DNA of 57,317 bases, the filler included, from Sphacelaria rigidula (Eukaryota): assembly GCA_964200075.2 (NCBI GenBank). It is 7 parts of 7 records of this genome, joined end to end, with 100 filler letters (N's around TTAATTAATTAA, not from the genome) between each part and the next. Parts side by side here need not be neighbours in the genome. Positions count along the whole stretch, not along the records: positions 24,610 to 32,711 come from CAXNAA020012292.1; positions 32,812 to 40,913 come from CAXNAA020012293.1; 5 more parts are not named here. One strand, 5' to 3'. Every line of letters begins with the position of its first letter. Position 1 is the stretch's first letter. Shown in pieces: positions 24,510 to 36,689 of this stretch. The notes under the pieces were generated by a model. The model was given only the letters and a program-made list of their open reading frames with translations, had not been told where the DNA came from and did not search any database. Position numbers and translations under genes: made by a program.

Positions 24510-25585
24510 NNNNNNNNNNNNNNNNNNNNNNNNNNNNNNNNNNNNNNNNNNNNTTAATTAATTAANNNNNNNNNNNNNNNNNNNNNNNNNNNNNNNNNNN
24601 NNNNNNNNNATGCCGTTCGGGCGTGTGTGCGTCGGCAAGATTTTTGACACATGTTCCTTGCATATTTGTGAGCTCGGGCACACAAGCGTTCACGCCCTGT
24701 GTGCATCGTCGGATCTTCCGCGGCGGGTCTGAGGGCCAACCAGCACGGGGCTACAGTGTTTTCTTCGTCGTTGGTTCTCGGCCGTTTTGACGGGGTGTAA
24801 TTCCACAAAAAATGGGTATGGTCGTGACTGTTCAGCGTATCTTCTGCGGGGCCGGCGGTATGGTCACCACTTCACAAAAAAGAGTTAAGGAGGGTATATA
24901 CACTTGAGCATTAGAGAGTACACAACGTGAATAAAAAAGGATGAGAGATCGTGTTTCAGCCGACAGCAGGGTGTACCCTCCTGGTTTGTTTACATGAAAG
25001 GGTATTCTCACAGACTCTCCTGTTCCGCGCAGTAGCTACTACGCCTAATACCACGTGTAAAAACAAAAATGATCGAGCATGCTGCCCAGACATCTTGGGC
25101 CTGGGGCTGAGGCGCTGGAACGTGTTTTCGAGGTGTTTAATCCGCGTATAACGCCGCGTCCGAGACCGAAAAATTCAATATCCTCTTTTTCTCCCAAGCA
25201 CGAGAGTGTACCCTTTTTTTGTATAAGTCCCTATATATCTTGTCCCGATACCCTTTTTTACGTATTTCCGAATCCTTTACTCGCGAATGCACCAACAGAA
25301 ATGTCTGCGTTAGAAAGCCCCTTAGAGCTGTCGTTCGAAATGAGCTTCCACGTTGAAATCGCCGCGCCACCAAACGGGGAACACCAGACAGTCCCTGTAC
25401 AGTGAAATGAATGACTTCCGCAACGTAAGAGGAAAACAAATATCCGCCAAAAAAACAGCAGTACCCGCCGGTCAAGGGATCGTTACCTCTTGAAATCATG
25501 CACCAGAAAAATCTTATTTTCACTCTCACTCTTCACTTTTCACTTGTCAAGTGCAAACGATACTATATATATATGTATATATATT

Positions 25586-25889
25586 GTCACACTTTGAACC
25601 CCGTCCTGTCCTCGGGACGAGTCCGTGGTCTCAAGGGATCAACCCATCTCTCCCCAATTACACGCCTTGCATTTTGGTCTCGCGTATTGGGTCATGACTA
25701 TCAGCACTCCTGGACCGCGTCAACTCACGTCAAACAAACTCAATCGACTGCTTTGTTTACTTCTGTTCTCACGCTTTCCACGGTGGAAATCAGATACCAC
25801 GAGAGAAAATCCCAACGCATCGGGAATCGAACCCTCGTTTTCTCCACCCTTATGGCGACAGTCGGACCATTACACCACCGGGGTGCGGC
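25586..25889 (-). mobile_element. tRNA-derived SINE, family 1
   Basis: On the - strand: A-box TGGTGTAATGG, B-box GGTTCGATTCC, and a full-length match to 53442-53748. Confidence 0.85.
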
Positions 25890-25996
25890 AATCATGCATA
25901 CGATACGATACGATACACCCGAATGGAAAACAATAAAAGATCGAGCCAAAGCCGTGTGTCCTTTTGTCTGCGTGCAACCCTCCCTCCGTGCTGCAG

Positions 25997-26121
25997 AAAT
26001 TAAGCAACAAGGGAATGGACTTCTTTCGGATCGCCGACGAGAGAGGGTGGGCGCCCGCAACCAATCCGACCGACGGTTCCATCAATTTCCAGGAAATTTA
26101 CGGAAGACTCGTCCAAGAGCG
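25997..26121 (+). CDS. Exon of a tandem SH3b-like domain protein: KLSNKGMDFFRIADERGWAPATNPTDGSINFQEIYGRLVQE(R)
   Basis: CTGCAG acceptor and CG|GTAAGT donor. Phase 2 end matches the next exon. Carries an FFRIADERGW motif. Confidence 0.75.
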
Positions 26122-26643
26122 GTAAGTCTGTAACTGCAACTGCCAGCGTGCCAGTCAGTTTTTAGTTGGCCATCATCCATCTGCGGTTCATATTCATGCT
26201 TGATCGACACCCTCCTGTGCGCCTCGCTGTCGAATGTGACGTTTCAGCGGCGTATTCACGCTCAAACCAATCCAGTGCGGCGTTTTTCATGGTTCGTGCG
26301 GGGTTTGGCGCGTGTGACGGTTTCAGACCTTCCGGTCTCGATCATCACGGCTCCCCAATCATGAGTTCATATATATATATATATATATACATGTACATGT
26401 ATTTCATTCATTTTGTCCCGTGTACCACGTATGTACTTTGCATGTATAGACTGCGTGTTACGGGGTAGAATGATCGCCAAACTATCGATATTCGCGTGAA
26501 GGGGGCCATGGAATACTCACAAATTAGCTTACAATATTGCACAAGCAAGGCGTTAACTTTGAGTGGTATCAATTTACGCCGGCGGCTTGATTTTATTATT
26601 ATTTTCTCTTCTTTTTTTCGCTCGTTGTATCTCCGCGTGGCAG

Positions 26644-26719
26644 CAAAACATACGTCCACCCGGCAAGAAAGGACCCCGTCGAGATCCTCTATGGACCTGG
26701 CCTCGAGTCGACCCAGACG
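26644..26719 (+). CDS. Exon of the same gene: KTYVHPARKDPVEILYGPGLESTQT
   Basis: Polypyrimidine tract with CAG acceptor and ACG|GTAAGA donor. Phases 2/0 fit both neighbouring exons. Confidence 0.75.
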
Positions 26720-28123
26720 GTAAGAGAGGGCAACAACAAAAGAATAACGGAAATAAACAAATGGATTAAAGGTGTCGTCACGCGCGCAACCCGTAATGGA
26801 GTCATACGTCGAGAACAATGTGGTCGCGAAGCTCGTGTACGCGCAGGCGTTGGTCCTGATACACCGATGGAAGGCTAGTGCTGTTGGAAAATTCGTGATT
26901 GGACATCGAACGTTTGGATATACATATATTCATGGAACCTCCGGACCGTGTGTGGGTTGATAATATTGACTGGTTGATTGATCAATTCGTCGGTTGATTG
27001 ATTGACTTGAGTGATTGTCGTACATGAACGATGCGCTTCTCGTCCGGCCGTGGTCGGTGGCAAGGTGGGCGTAAGGCACCCCAGGTAAATCAAGTGAAAC
27101 GCTTGCTGGAGGAAGCTTGAGAGATAAGGAGAATGAAGAAGAAAAAATGGAGAAAGAAGTATTGGGGCAGGAGAGGAAATTTGACAGACAGAAATATATG
27201 TGGACAAGAAAGAATTCCCGGCTAGGATGTAGTACCGGTAGTAGTACCGTTCCCGAGAACCGAAAAGCCAGACAGCCAGATCTCTTCCCCATGGTTTCAG
27301 GTGAGGAAGCCCTGATTTAACATGCTCCATACTGTACTGTGCAAGGCTATGGTGGGCGCGCGGGAATGGAATAGGAATCCCTGAGGGGCGTGCTGTTTTT
27401 GCCAGCCTGTGCAGCGAAACGACTCGTTGCTTGTTCCGTGCGTCGTCGATTTGTTACCGCGTGCTTCCCCCAGTCTCTCCTCATAATTTCGGCGAAACGG
27501 TCTTATAGTCAACGCAGTTACCACGGGAGACCATTGTTAGAACGAGTGGATACATGAACAGACGTAAGTCGAGCTCTCATTGGTCGATTTCAACAACCGG
27601 TAGCTCGGATGAACCGCAAGGTCCCCGCGGTCAGCGACCGGCGGCGGCAAAAAAATAAGATGCACACAAGAAATAAAGGCCCATTTCGTGATTTTTTCCC
27701 GTTGGCGTCCCTTGCGATCCTGTATACTACTTTTGTGATACTGCCACTATTGATAACAAGTTCCCCCGTAAAAGTGCCTCGGTCGATCCTCTCTCTTGAG
27801 TGCGAGTCAGACAAACCATTTTATTTATTTTATCTACAAACCCGTGCAAACCTAATTTTCCTAGCCAACACGCAACACTATCACCTGGAGTATTTTTGAC
27901 AGCAACAACGCCAGCAAAATATACTCATGTTTCGCAATTTCGTAGCACCACTAAAGCCCCATTTCTTCGTCGTTACTTTAATAAGGCAAGCGTCACTCAA
28001 TGTTCTGCCTCAAAAAGAAAATGTAGCAACGATAACACACGAAAAAAAAATCCGCCTCTCTCTTTGCACAAGGCACCAAACTTATCCATTTTTTTTTATT
28101 CTATTTCTTCGTATGTAAAACAG

Positions 28124-28315
28124 TGCGAAACGATTAACCCGGGGGACAGCTTCGATGTCATCGAGCGTTTCACGCCGAACGACAGCATCAACGTGGACTA
28201 TCTCAAGCTCCCGGACGGCCGAGGGTGGGTAGCCAGAAAGATACCGTCCGGAAGCTCCAGCGACCACGGCAGCAGCCGTAGCGCGTCTTTGGTTGGCCAG
28301 AGAAGGAACACATGA
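28124..28315 (+). CDS. Probable terminal exon of the same gene: CETINPGDSFDVIERFTPNDSINVDYLKLPDGRGWVARK...RRNT*
   Basis: T-rich tract with CAG acceptor. YLKLPDGRGWV is an SH3b-like motif. TGA at 28313-28315. Confidence 0.75.
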   Translation, partial: CETINPGDSFDVIERFTPNDSINVDYLKLPDGRGWVARKIPSGSSSDHGSSRSASLVGQRRNT

Positions 28316-28654
28316 TGGAAGGTCATTTTGATGGGCGACGAGAATGGGGAAGGATTCTTGATTCGAGGCCAGCCGAGGGAAGGCATGGAACACGATTTGA
28401 GTTGATTGGTTGATTGATTGGTGGACAGAAGCCGGCACACACGTCACGCGTAGGAAAGGTGGAGTATAGGTAGCCTGGCCTAGGCATTCGTTGAAATATT
28501 TTTGCCCCGAACGGTTTTGGAGGCGCGCGCGTAGGGGAAGGGGGCGGCGTGGGGCATGTATGTTGCTGGCGACGCGATATGACGGACCTCGACAGTAGGG
28601 GAGGGAAATGATGCAAATCTGACATTTAGACGTGACACGAGATCAGACAAATTC

Positions 28655-29056
28655 TCGTCCCGCCCAGAAGACTTTGTATACATTAAGGAGAAAAATCAAG
28701 ATCAAGTCAATTCCCGTCCCACCCGGAAGACTTTGTACATCCAGAACCAAAACACGTCCCGCCCGGAAGACTTTGTTCATTCAGATCCGGAACACGTCCC
28801 GCCCGAAAGAGTTGAGCACCAACGAAAGGATCTCGCCCGGAAGACTTTGCACATCAACGACAGCATCCCCCCTGAAGACTCAGTTCGTCAACAAAAGCGT
28901 CCCGCCCGGCAGACTTTGTTCGTCAACGAAAGTGTCCACCCGGACGACTTTCGGCATCAACAAGAGCGTCCCGCCCGGAAGACTTTGAGCATCAACGAAA
29001 GGATCTCGCCCGGAAGACTTTGCACATCAACAAAAGCGTCCCGCCCGGAAGACTAA
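28655..29056. repeat. Minisatellite, ~35-40-bp unit x ~11, core GTCCCGCCCGGAAGACTTTG
   Basis: Directly visible tandem units with semi-conserved ..ATCAAC.AAAG. linkers. Confidence 0.9.
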
Positions 29057-29207
29057 GTTCTTCGCCCCAGAAAAACACCACCAGCAAATTCGCATCCCGC
29101 CCGCAACACTGGATACTTGGCCGGTAAGAATATATATATATATATATACAATTAATACATTTGATCTTTTTCGCCTTTGAAGAGCCTTGGATGCAGGTGC
29201 ACTTTTT

Positions 29208-29430
29208 TCACTTAATTTTAGAGTACGGCTAAACGGAGTCATTCCGTCGTTTCCAAGAGCTCTGAGAGGCCAGTATTTGCTCACACTTGATTTTAGAGTA
29301 CGGCGAAACGGTGTCATTCGGTCGTTCTCAGAAGCTCAGAGAGGCCAGCAGATGCTCTTACTTGATTTTAGAGTAAAGCGAAACGGGGTCATTTCATTCT
29401 CTCAAGCTCTGACAAAGCAGCATTGCATGA
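29208..29430. repeat. 75-bp tandem repeat x 3, plus a partial copy at ~29575-29620
   Basis: ACTT.ATTTTAGAGTA..GC.AAACGG.GTCATT recurs at 75-bp spacing. Confidence 0.85.
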
Positions 29431-30124
29431 TTCCCCTTCAGGAGGTTTCGGGACCATCGCTTCCACGGCAGTGCTCTGCATGGTGTTTTCCGCCTTCTTT
29501 CCTCGCCATGGCGGTAGACCCTCCGTGCGTCCATGTCACACCGCACACAGGACTGTCAGAATCGTTCCCAGGGGCTCTGAGACAGGTGCACTTTTTCACT
29601 TGCTTTTAGAGAAACGGGGTCTCTTTGTGACCCTTTGACCGTCGAAGATGCCACCTCTCGCCGTATACAGGTCACTTGAAAATTGAATCAGAATCATGCT
29701 CAGTAGAGATATCTCAAACTCGGCTCCGGTATCCTGGTTTGTTTTGTTCTATTTTTTCAGGTGAAAGTGATGCCGATTCATCAGATGATGTGACCCTTTG
29801 ACCGCCAGGTCAGGTCCTCCTATGAATCGCGATCACTTTCACTTGAAAAAATGGTACACAACTCAGAGCCAGCGAATAAACCAGGACACCGGGAGCTGAG
29901 TTTGAGATATACCTCTAGTTGGATAGGTTGTGCGGAACGACTCTCCGTCCAATCTCGGCGCACACGGAAAGCATGTTGTGATCTTGCCCGCATGTCGAAT
30001 CGTCTCGACTGTACTTCCCTTTCCCTGTCTCTGGACTGCTGTTGTTGTTGCTGCTGCTTCTGCTCTGCTATACATGCGTTTTTTCGTCATGAGGCGGCTT
30101 CTATTGTTCATATTTTAGTCGGCA

Positions 30125-30680
30125 GACGATCGCTCTGGTGGCTCAGTTGGTAACCTCCAAACCTTATGGCGGTTGGGTCGTCGGTTCGAACCTCAGTGCA
30201 GTCACACGATCTGGAATCTCATCTCACACCGTGTTCAACAGTGGACAGCGACTACAACGTTTTCGTGACATTGAGAGTAGAGCGCTGGTTGAGAGTGGCT
30301 TTGACTATTCGCTTCAACGAAGCCAGTTTTTCATTCCGTGCGTGCTTTTCTTCGCCTCTAGCACTGACGTATGCATACAGCTACACGTCGATATCTTGCT
30401 CACAGTAGACTTTACCACTCGGTAGTTGACAGATAGTTCTCGGAAATTTAAAGTCACCTCCTTGCTCAAGGATATCAAGGGTCTCAGTGGCAAGCTCCTA
30501 CAGTACAGAGAGCATATTGAGCCTCATGGAGGGGCATTTCGGAACTGAAACGATTCATTGACTAATTGACCGCTTTTCACTCTCAATCGTATCTTCTATT
30601 CTCAGAATTCGGTTTCACGGTCGACGAGCGAAAGGGACCGCTGAACCCCTCTCGCGATGAAAAGTAAGGCGACCACCACA
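30125..30680 (+). mobile_element. tRNA-derived SINE family 2, interrupted by a ~330-bp insertion (~30270-30600)
   Basis: A-box TGGCTCAGTTGG and B-box GGTTCGAACC. Homology to 54220-54592 stops at ~30270 and resumes at ~30605 (TTCACGGTCGACGAG.GAAAGGGACCGC). Confidence 0.7.
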
Positions 30681-31554
30681 GAATTTCCCGTGTTGATCTC
30701 CCTTCTGTGTTACACGGAATCCCAGAAACATGTGGTTTGCACGCAGGGGCGTTTCCATCAATCGGTAATATTTTTAGTTGGAAATGATTTAAAATGATGT
30801 CGATTCATACAAAGGCCCCTGCGAGCATATCACATGTTTCTGGGGATCCCGTCGCAAAAGGGTTAATCCTTTGACCGGTAGGGTAGGTCATCTGGACCAC
30901 GCTGTACTTTGTGAAGTCCAAGTGACTGATGTCGATTTAACAAGAGATAACTCATCATGGCGGTCAAATGGTCAAATTCGTTGCCACTATATGGGTTCTT
31001 GGTTTGCGGGGGCGTTCAGTTCCTCAGGTTCACTTTTGATTGTGATGCCTTGTGTTAAGCCTTCGTACATACTCATAACCCATGTTGCTCTTCGGGCTGA
31101 AAACGAAAAAAAAAATGAAAATCGAAGGTGCATCATGCTCATGAAACACTCAGTCGACACGACAAATTTTCCCGCCGCTTTCCATCAACCATTTGACGGC
31201 GAAAATCAGGTAATCTGTTGAAGTGACATCAATTTCACTCAATAGAAGTGTCCATGATCCAGATTTGCTACCGTGCTCAGTACATGAGCTTACACAACGC
31301 ACACAGCTATCACCGGTGATCATGTACCTTGGCTGTCGATCCTGGTCGATCTACTGATCGTGGCGGCGAAGCCGGAGAAACGCCACGTTGCGGTTGTCGT
31401 GTGCTCAACTGTCCTACTATTTCTTGAGCCCGTGTCGTACAATGGGTCATGTCTGTGATGTTGAATCCGGGGTTGTCCGTGTTTCGGGGGATATCGGTCG
31501 CTACTGTTGGTCGATTGTTGCCTTACTTCTGCCGTTTCTCTTATATATCCACTA

Positions 31555-32290
31555 CTCCCTTTGGGCGGGTTTATAAGCAAGGTTCGGAAAAACGGAATAT
31601 AAGCAAGGTTGATATGATATGGCCCCAAACGGGTCGTCTTGGCACTGTGGACCATCGGACAACGTTTGTATATGATCAGGTACCACATTGGGAAAAAAAA
31701 AAATGAGGTGGGGGGGGGGGGATTGTGCGTAAAAATCTCCTGGTCAGTCATTTCGGTGGAGATCCAGCTTTTTTGTACCCAGCGACGGATAAACAAGCCC
31801 CGTCACAGATTTCACAACCCGGAATACCCCGTATGAATGGGGCACGACATTTGATGCAAAAAATAAAGAGTCCCCTCTCGAAAAGGGGGGAATATTTCAT
31901 CATCATCCCCGGTTTGGGGCACCGTACACCACGCTTCAGAACCCCATCGACGCTGAGCGTCAACAGGTACCAAATGAATTCTTCTCTCTCTAGATCATTC
32001 AAATTCTTGCGTTTTTGCCCCTGGGAGGCGTTGTCAGCAGCAGAAATGTCTCACCAGCAGATGGGAAGGCTTTTGGGCGGTGGTCCAAAGTTGGGGTGGT
32101 GATTTCGAGCAACTTCTGCTGGGGTGTGTGATGAACTCTTTCGGTGCGACCTCTAGAAGACAGCGGTTCTGTGCGTTCCGCAGCGGCGGTCTAAAAAACA
32201 ACAAAGAAAACGGTTCGGAAAAAGACCTTCATATGCCCGAGTTAGACCGCTTTTGGTCCGAACCTTGCTTATACATCCGCCCAGAGGGAG
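31555..32290. mobile_element. Stowaway-like Tc1/mariner MITE (736 bp, TA TSD, ~34-bp TIRs starting CTCCCT)
   Basis: TA|CTCCCTTTGGGCGGGTTTATAAGCAAGGTTCGGA at the left end and TCCGAACCTTGCTTATACATCCGCCCAGAGGGAG|TA at the right end. Confidence 0.85.
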
Positions 32291-33068
32291 TAAGCACACT
32301 GCGGGTATTGTCTGCTTCGTTGTTGCCCACGAAGGAGGGGGAATGGATATTTTATGCCTTTTCAGTTGCTGTTTCTGGACCCTGTTCCGTACAGTGGGTG
32401 TTTCTGCGGTGCAAATGTACTGGACTCATGGTTGCGAACACTCGTGTGTGTCCGTCGCAAGTCTTTGTGTCCCCGGGTATCGGGTTCCTATCCGTTGCTG
32501 TGGGTGGAAAACGTAAATGAGTGTCTTCGTATCTGTCCTTCGACGGTGGAGGTAGTCTTTGCCCATTCTACCGTATCCGTACAATCGTCAAAACATCATT
32601 AAGCCTCTTCTTCATATCCTGCCCCCGGGACACGGGTCTCCGCACGCACACAGCGCAATATACTGCAAGTGAAGCTATGATCTGTTCCGTCATCTACTGC
32701 GAGCAACGATGNNNNNNNNNNNNNNNNNNNNNNNNNNNNNNNNNNNNNNNNNNNNTTAATTAATTAANNNNNNNNNNNNNNNNNNNNNNNNNNNNNNNNN
32801 NNNNNNNNNNNGTGTAGGTGGAGGGGCAGAACGGTGGGGGGCGGGGCCGGGCTGGCGGGGGGATGGGGTAGGCGGTGGGGGCGTTAGTTTTTCTCCGGCG
32901 GGCTTAGTTCTGTCATTTGTGTGTTAGTATCATTTCGTGTTTGATGGATATCGTCAAGTCTATATCCAGCTCTCGTGTGACGTCTTTCCCCCCGCTTGTC
33001 CCCCATTTTTTTATGTATGCGCGTGTTGTTTTTTTCGACTGCTTTTTTTTCTCTTCTTGTTTTGAAAG

Positions 33069-33170
33069 GTGGTTCCGTCATGTCGCCGACCCCATCTGGT
33101 CGGTGAGGGAAGATAGCGCCTTGGCTCTCGGGGCGGTGTGCAGGGCGTATGGAGAGGATGCTTTCGATAA
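33069..33170 (+). CDS. HEAT/ARM-repeat protein exon: WFRHVADPIWSVREDSALALGAVCRAYGEDAFD(K)
   Basis: Long polypyrimidine tract with AAG acceptor and AA|GTGAGA donor. HEAT-like D..WSVRE.AA.ALG pattern. Confidence 0.85.
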
Positions 33171-34321
33171 GTGAGATCAGGTCACGTGGATTATGTCTGT
33201 CACGCTTGATTCAGTGACTGCGACAAAGTAGCGCGTAACGGATGGTGGATGGTGTCATGAGGGGAAGGTGCAAGAGGCAGTGTGATGGAGGTTGTATGCC
33301 CTGTTTTTAGGATAGATGAGACGGATGGCATTGCATCGGAATGGTCCGACAGTGGATGTAAAACGTGCGGCATGACATCGAATTAGATAGGATTAGGTTT
33401 GAAACGTTAGCGGATTGAATGTCAGAAGAAGGTGGGACGGAAAGAGAACGACAGCTGGTTGCTCGGAGTTTGGTTAGCCGTCAAGTATAGGTTTCGTGAA
33501 CGAGTAGCGTGTTTGCCACACGATGGTTCGTCTGCTACTTGTTGTATTGTAAACATTGACAACTGGCAATGCTCTCGTCGGTGTAGCAGGTAATCAGTTC
33601 TGGCGCGAGTCGAAACAGTTTGCTCACACTTGCCTCACGGCTGCCATGGATACATGGGACTGTTATCTATATTTTGCTGTTGTTGAATGATGATGATAGC
33701 GGTTTACGATGGCGCCTGCCTGTGTTTACAATGTATGCCTCTGTGGTGTGATGATGGTCAGGTCGAACTCGTCTCTCGGTGTCTTTTCCCCTCCCAGCAA
33801 CAAGCCGGCATGGTTCGTTTGCACCAGTACCGGTCCCTGTACCCTTCCCTTGCCCTTCTCCCCGGTTACTTCCGCCAGGGTACTTGGACAAGAACAGGGC
33901 CCTCAGGGGCATTTCTAACGGGCTATTTTCCCCCCGAAAGTTTCTCAGAACTAGAATTTCTCCGAAAAATGTGAAAGCACATTTCTTCACCAGGTCAGGC
34001 GAAAGATCAATTTGAGACTGACGTCAGATTCCTCGGACAGTCTGCATCGGTTTTTTTTTTCTATTAGTTTTATTCCGGTCAAAGTGGAGAAAAAATCTGA
34101 AGAAGAAAGAAAACTCGTTAGTAAAATCCCTTCGTGGCGTGGGGCGAAGGAAACGAAGTAGTCTGTTGTTTTTTTTGTCGACCCCCCGGATGGTGTGAAG
34201 GGTCAATCGCACCGTGGCGCCTGGATCTGGACCCCGTTAACAACCGACAAAAACGTATTTATATCCTCTTCTGTTTCTGTTTTTTTTTTTTGCCGCTTTT
34301 GGGTCGATTTCAATTGCGCAG

Positions 34322-34493
34322 GGTGTTGGCGTGGGTGCGGGAAAATCTGCCCAAGGCCAGGGAACAGAAGGCAGAAACCGCAGCGGAGAACAAGCGTCGG
34401 CACAATGACGCCAAGGCGCACACCGGCAACCAAGTGTACTCGTGCGGTTCTCTGGCACCTAAGCTCAAGAAGGGAGGATGCTCTGATTGCCAA
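34322..34493 (+). CDS. HEAT/ARM protein exon: VLAWVRENLPKAREQ...HTGNQVYSCGSLAPKLKKGGCSDCQ
   Basis: CGCAG acceptor and CAA|GTACGC donor. Phase-compatible with the flanking exons. Confidence 0.85.
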
Positions 34494-36515
34494 GTACGCA
34501 AGGGTACAGTCACTTTTTCCAACTCCGTGGTGCTTTGGCTGCTGCCACACTTACCGGCAACAAAGTAGGATGTATATTCAATCCAGCAAGAACGATAGAT
34601 ATTGTACACAATATATTTTTATGTACAGTGATTTGATTCCATCGATTGATTGATTGTCGCACTTTAAGTGACCTCCGAAGGATCCAAGCGTGGTCACATG
34701 ATACCGTACGACATGTGCGATATTATGTGTTTTCTATATATGGTTTCATGAAAAACAATGATGTCGCACACAAAATACAATGGCTCGTAAAGTTTTTTCT
34801 GGGTGATGGTTGGCGAATCGTTTGCCTTGCTGGATGTGAGCTAGACGTATATTGTTTATTCGTGAGTAATGAAGATGTTGTTTTTCTTTCAACTATACCA
34901 AGCTCAAGGGCAAACGTCGAAGGATAAAATATGTGTATCGATAAATGAAGCAACGCGCAACCTGTTTGGCCGGCACGTGATGATCCCATACACCTACCTG
35001 GCCGAGGAAGAGGGGAGGACAGATCTACGTTGGACTTGCTTTTGTTCTTGTTTGTCTTTGCTCGTGCCTGTTTGTGAAAGAAATACTGAGGTCTTTTTTT
35101 GGTCCGCGTTTGGTGACAATCTGAACATTCTGAGCTGGACCGGGAGCACTTCTAGTCCTCGTTAGATTTTATTCTTTCTTTCGCTTTAAAGGTCAAGCGA
35201 GAAGGACGCTTGTTATTGTGATGGAGGGGTTCTTGGGTCATCGCAACACATTGTCGATCTCAGAGTGCTGTTTTTCTATTCTTTCTTCTTCTCTCACGTC
35301 CTTCAAGCACGTTTCCTGATAGTCCACTCGTTCTCTTCTCAATATATATTATTGTGTGTATTTGTAGTTGCCTATTTGATGTCTATTTTCTAGCCAACAG
35401 TCTCTGCAGTATAGGGCGTTTTTTGGGCTCACGGTGGACGTCCTTCTATAGTGCAGTCAGTGCAGTCAGCATATCACCCGCCCAAACACTAGTTTCAAGT
35501 AAGCGCACTTATCCAGAATACAAAGTAGCGCGCAGAGTTCTGCCCCAGTGCGGTCACACAGGGGTGGTGACAATTGGCCCCTCCCCCTTTCTTTTTTTTC
35601 CGCGTTTCAATACGAACATCTTGATTTTAGTGGTTCCCCACAGTTTTTAGGATGTCAGGCCCGTGTGACGGAGTGAAGACCTGTCTAGCTGGTAACTTAT
35701 TATACTTTGGAGGACCCCCACACGATGCTGGCCGTTTTCGTTTAGGATAATGCTGTGCTTTTGGTGTAGCGACTGTAGCGAAAAGCACGTGGTGGCTGTT
35801 GTTTTGATATTTTGCAGCTGGGTTGGTCTGAAAGAAGAGAAAAAGTTGAACGTGATCATTATTTTGTACGGCTTGCCCCTGCTTTCTTTATGTTGAACGA
35901 CAACATCGTACCGTCTATTAATTCCGGGCAGGGTTCGGTTGATCTCTGACAGATATATATATATATATATATATTTTCCCTTCAAAGATCGCCTGCCTAC
36001 CTGCCTACCTACCTTCCTGTCCTCCATTGCTTCCTTCCTCAGTAGATCTCAGGAAATGTACGTAGACAATGATTGGTCCTCGATTTTACTTGATTCCAGA
36101 CTGAAGAAAGTTCTGATAGAATTCATTACTTGGGGCAGGTGAGTAGTGGTGAGCAGTAGACCCAGCTCGTCCAGGACGTGTTTTGGTCCAAAATCGGCTC
36201 AAAGGCGTCGATTTGAGCTCTGGCAACCGCACACTTTGCCTAAGAGACACTTTTCACCCTCTATGCCTGAGGGGTCGCGGCATGCCTTGGTCGGGGTTAG
36301 GGTTAGGGTTGGCGGCGTCTCCAAAGTACCAACTATTATTTACGTACATTTCCTGAGGTCCCCTCTCCTTGCTTCCTATATTCTCCCTCCGAGTAGGTGA
36401 TTCTTGCTCCGTCTTTTGCCTCCGCTGTCTGTGATTGAATGAGGACAAGAACACCCGATGGATGCAGTCGCCGCAGTCTCAACATCCCCCTCTTGTGTGT
36501 ATTCGTCGTCCTCAG

Positions 36516-36689
36516 GTAACTAGACCCAGTGACCCGTGGGAGTACAGCGACGGGGCTGTGTATCTCGTGAGAGAGCTGTGCGCGGTGGATAGCGAGAGAG
36601 GGGTGCAGCTGTTCGAGGAGATGGCAGATATTGCGCGTTTGACGCATTTCGTGCAGGCTGACTCCCTCCGCGAAACCATCTGGAAACAG
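36516..36689 (+). CDS. HEAT/ARM protein exon: VTRPSDPWEYSDGAVYLVREL...DSLRETIWKQ
   Basis: CTCAG acceptor and CAG|GTGATG donor. 174 nt, phase 0/0. Confidence 0.85.

Noticed and set aside
25498..26133. 211-aa ORF
   Set aside because: It mostly runs through an antisense SINE. The real exon (25997-26121) is in another frame.
28655..29056. CRISPR-like repeat/spacer array
   Set aside because: The spacers are short, homologous to each other and partly duplicated. The repeats are degenerate, there are no cas genes, and the context is eukaryotic. It is a minisatellite.
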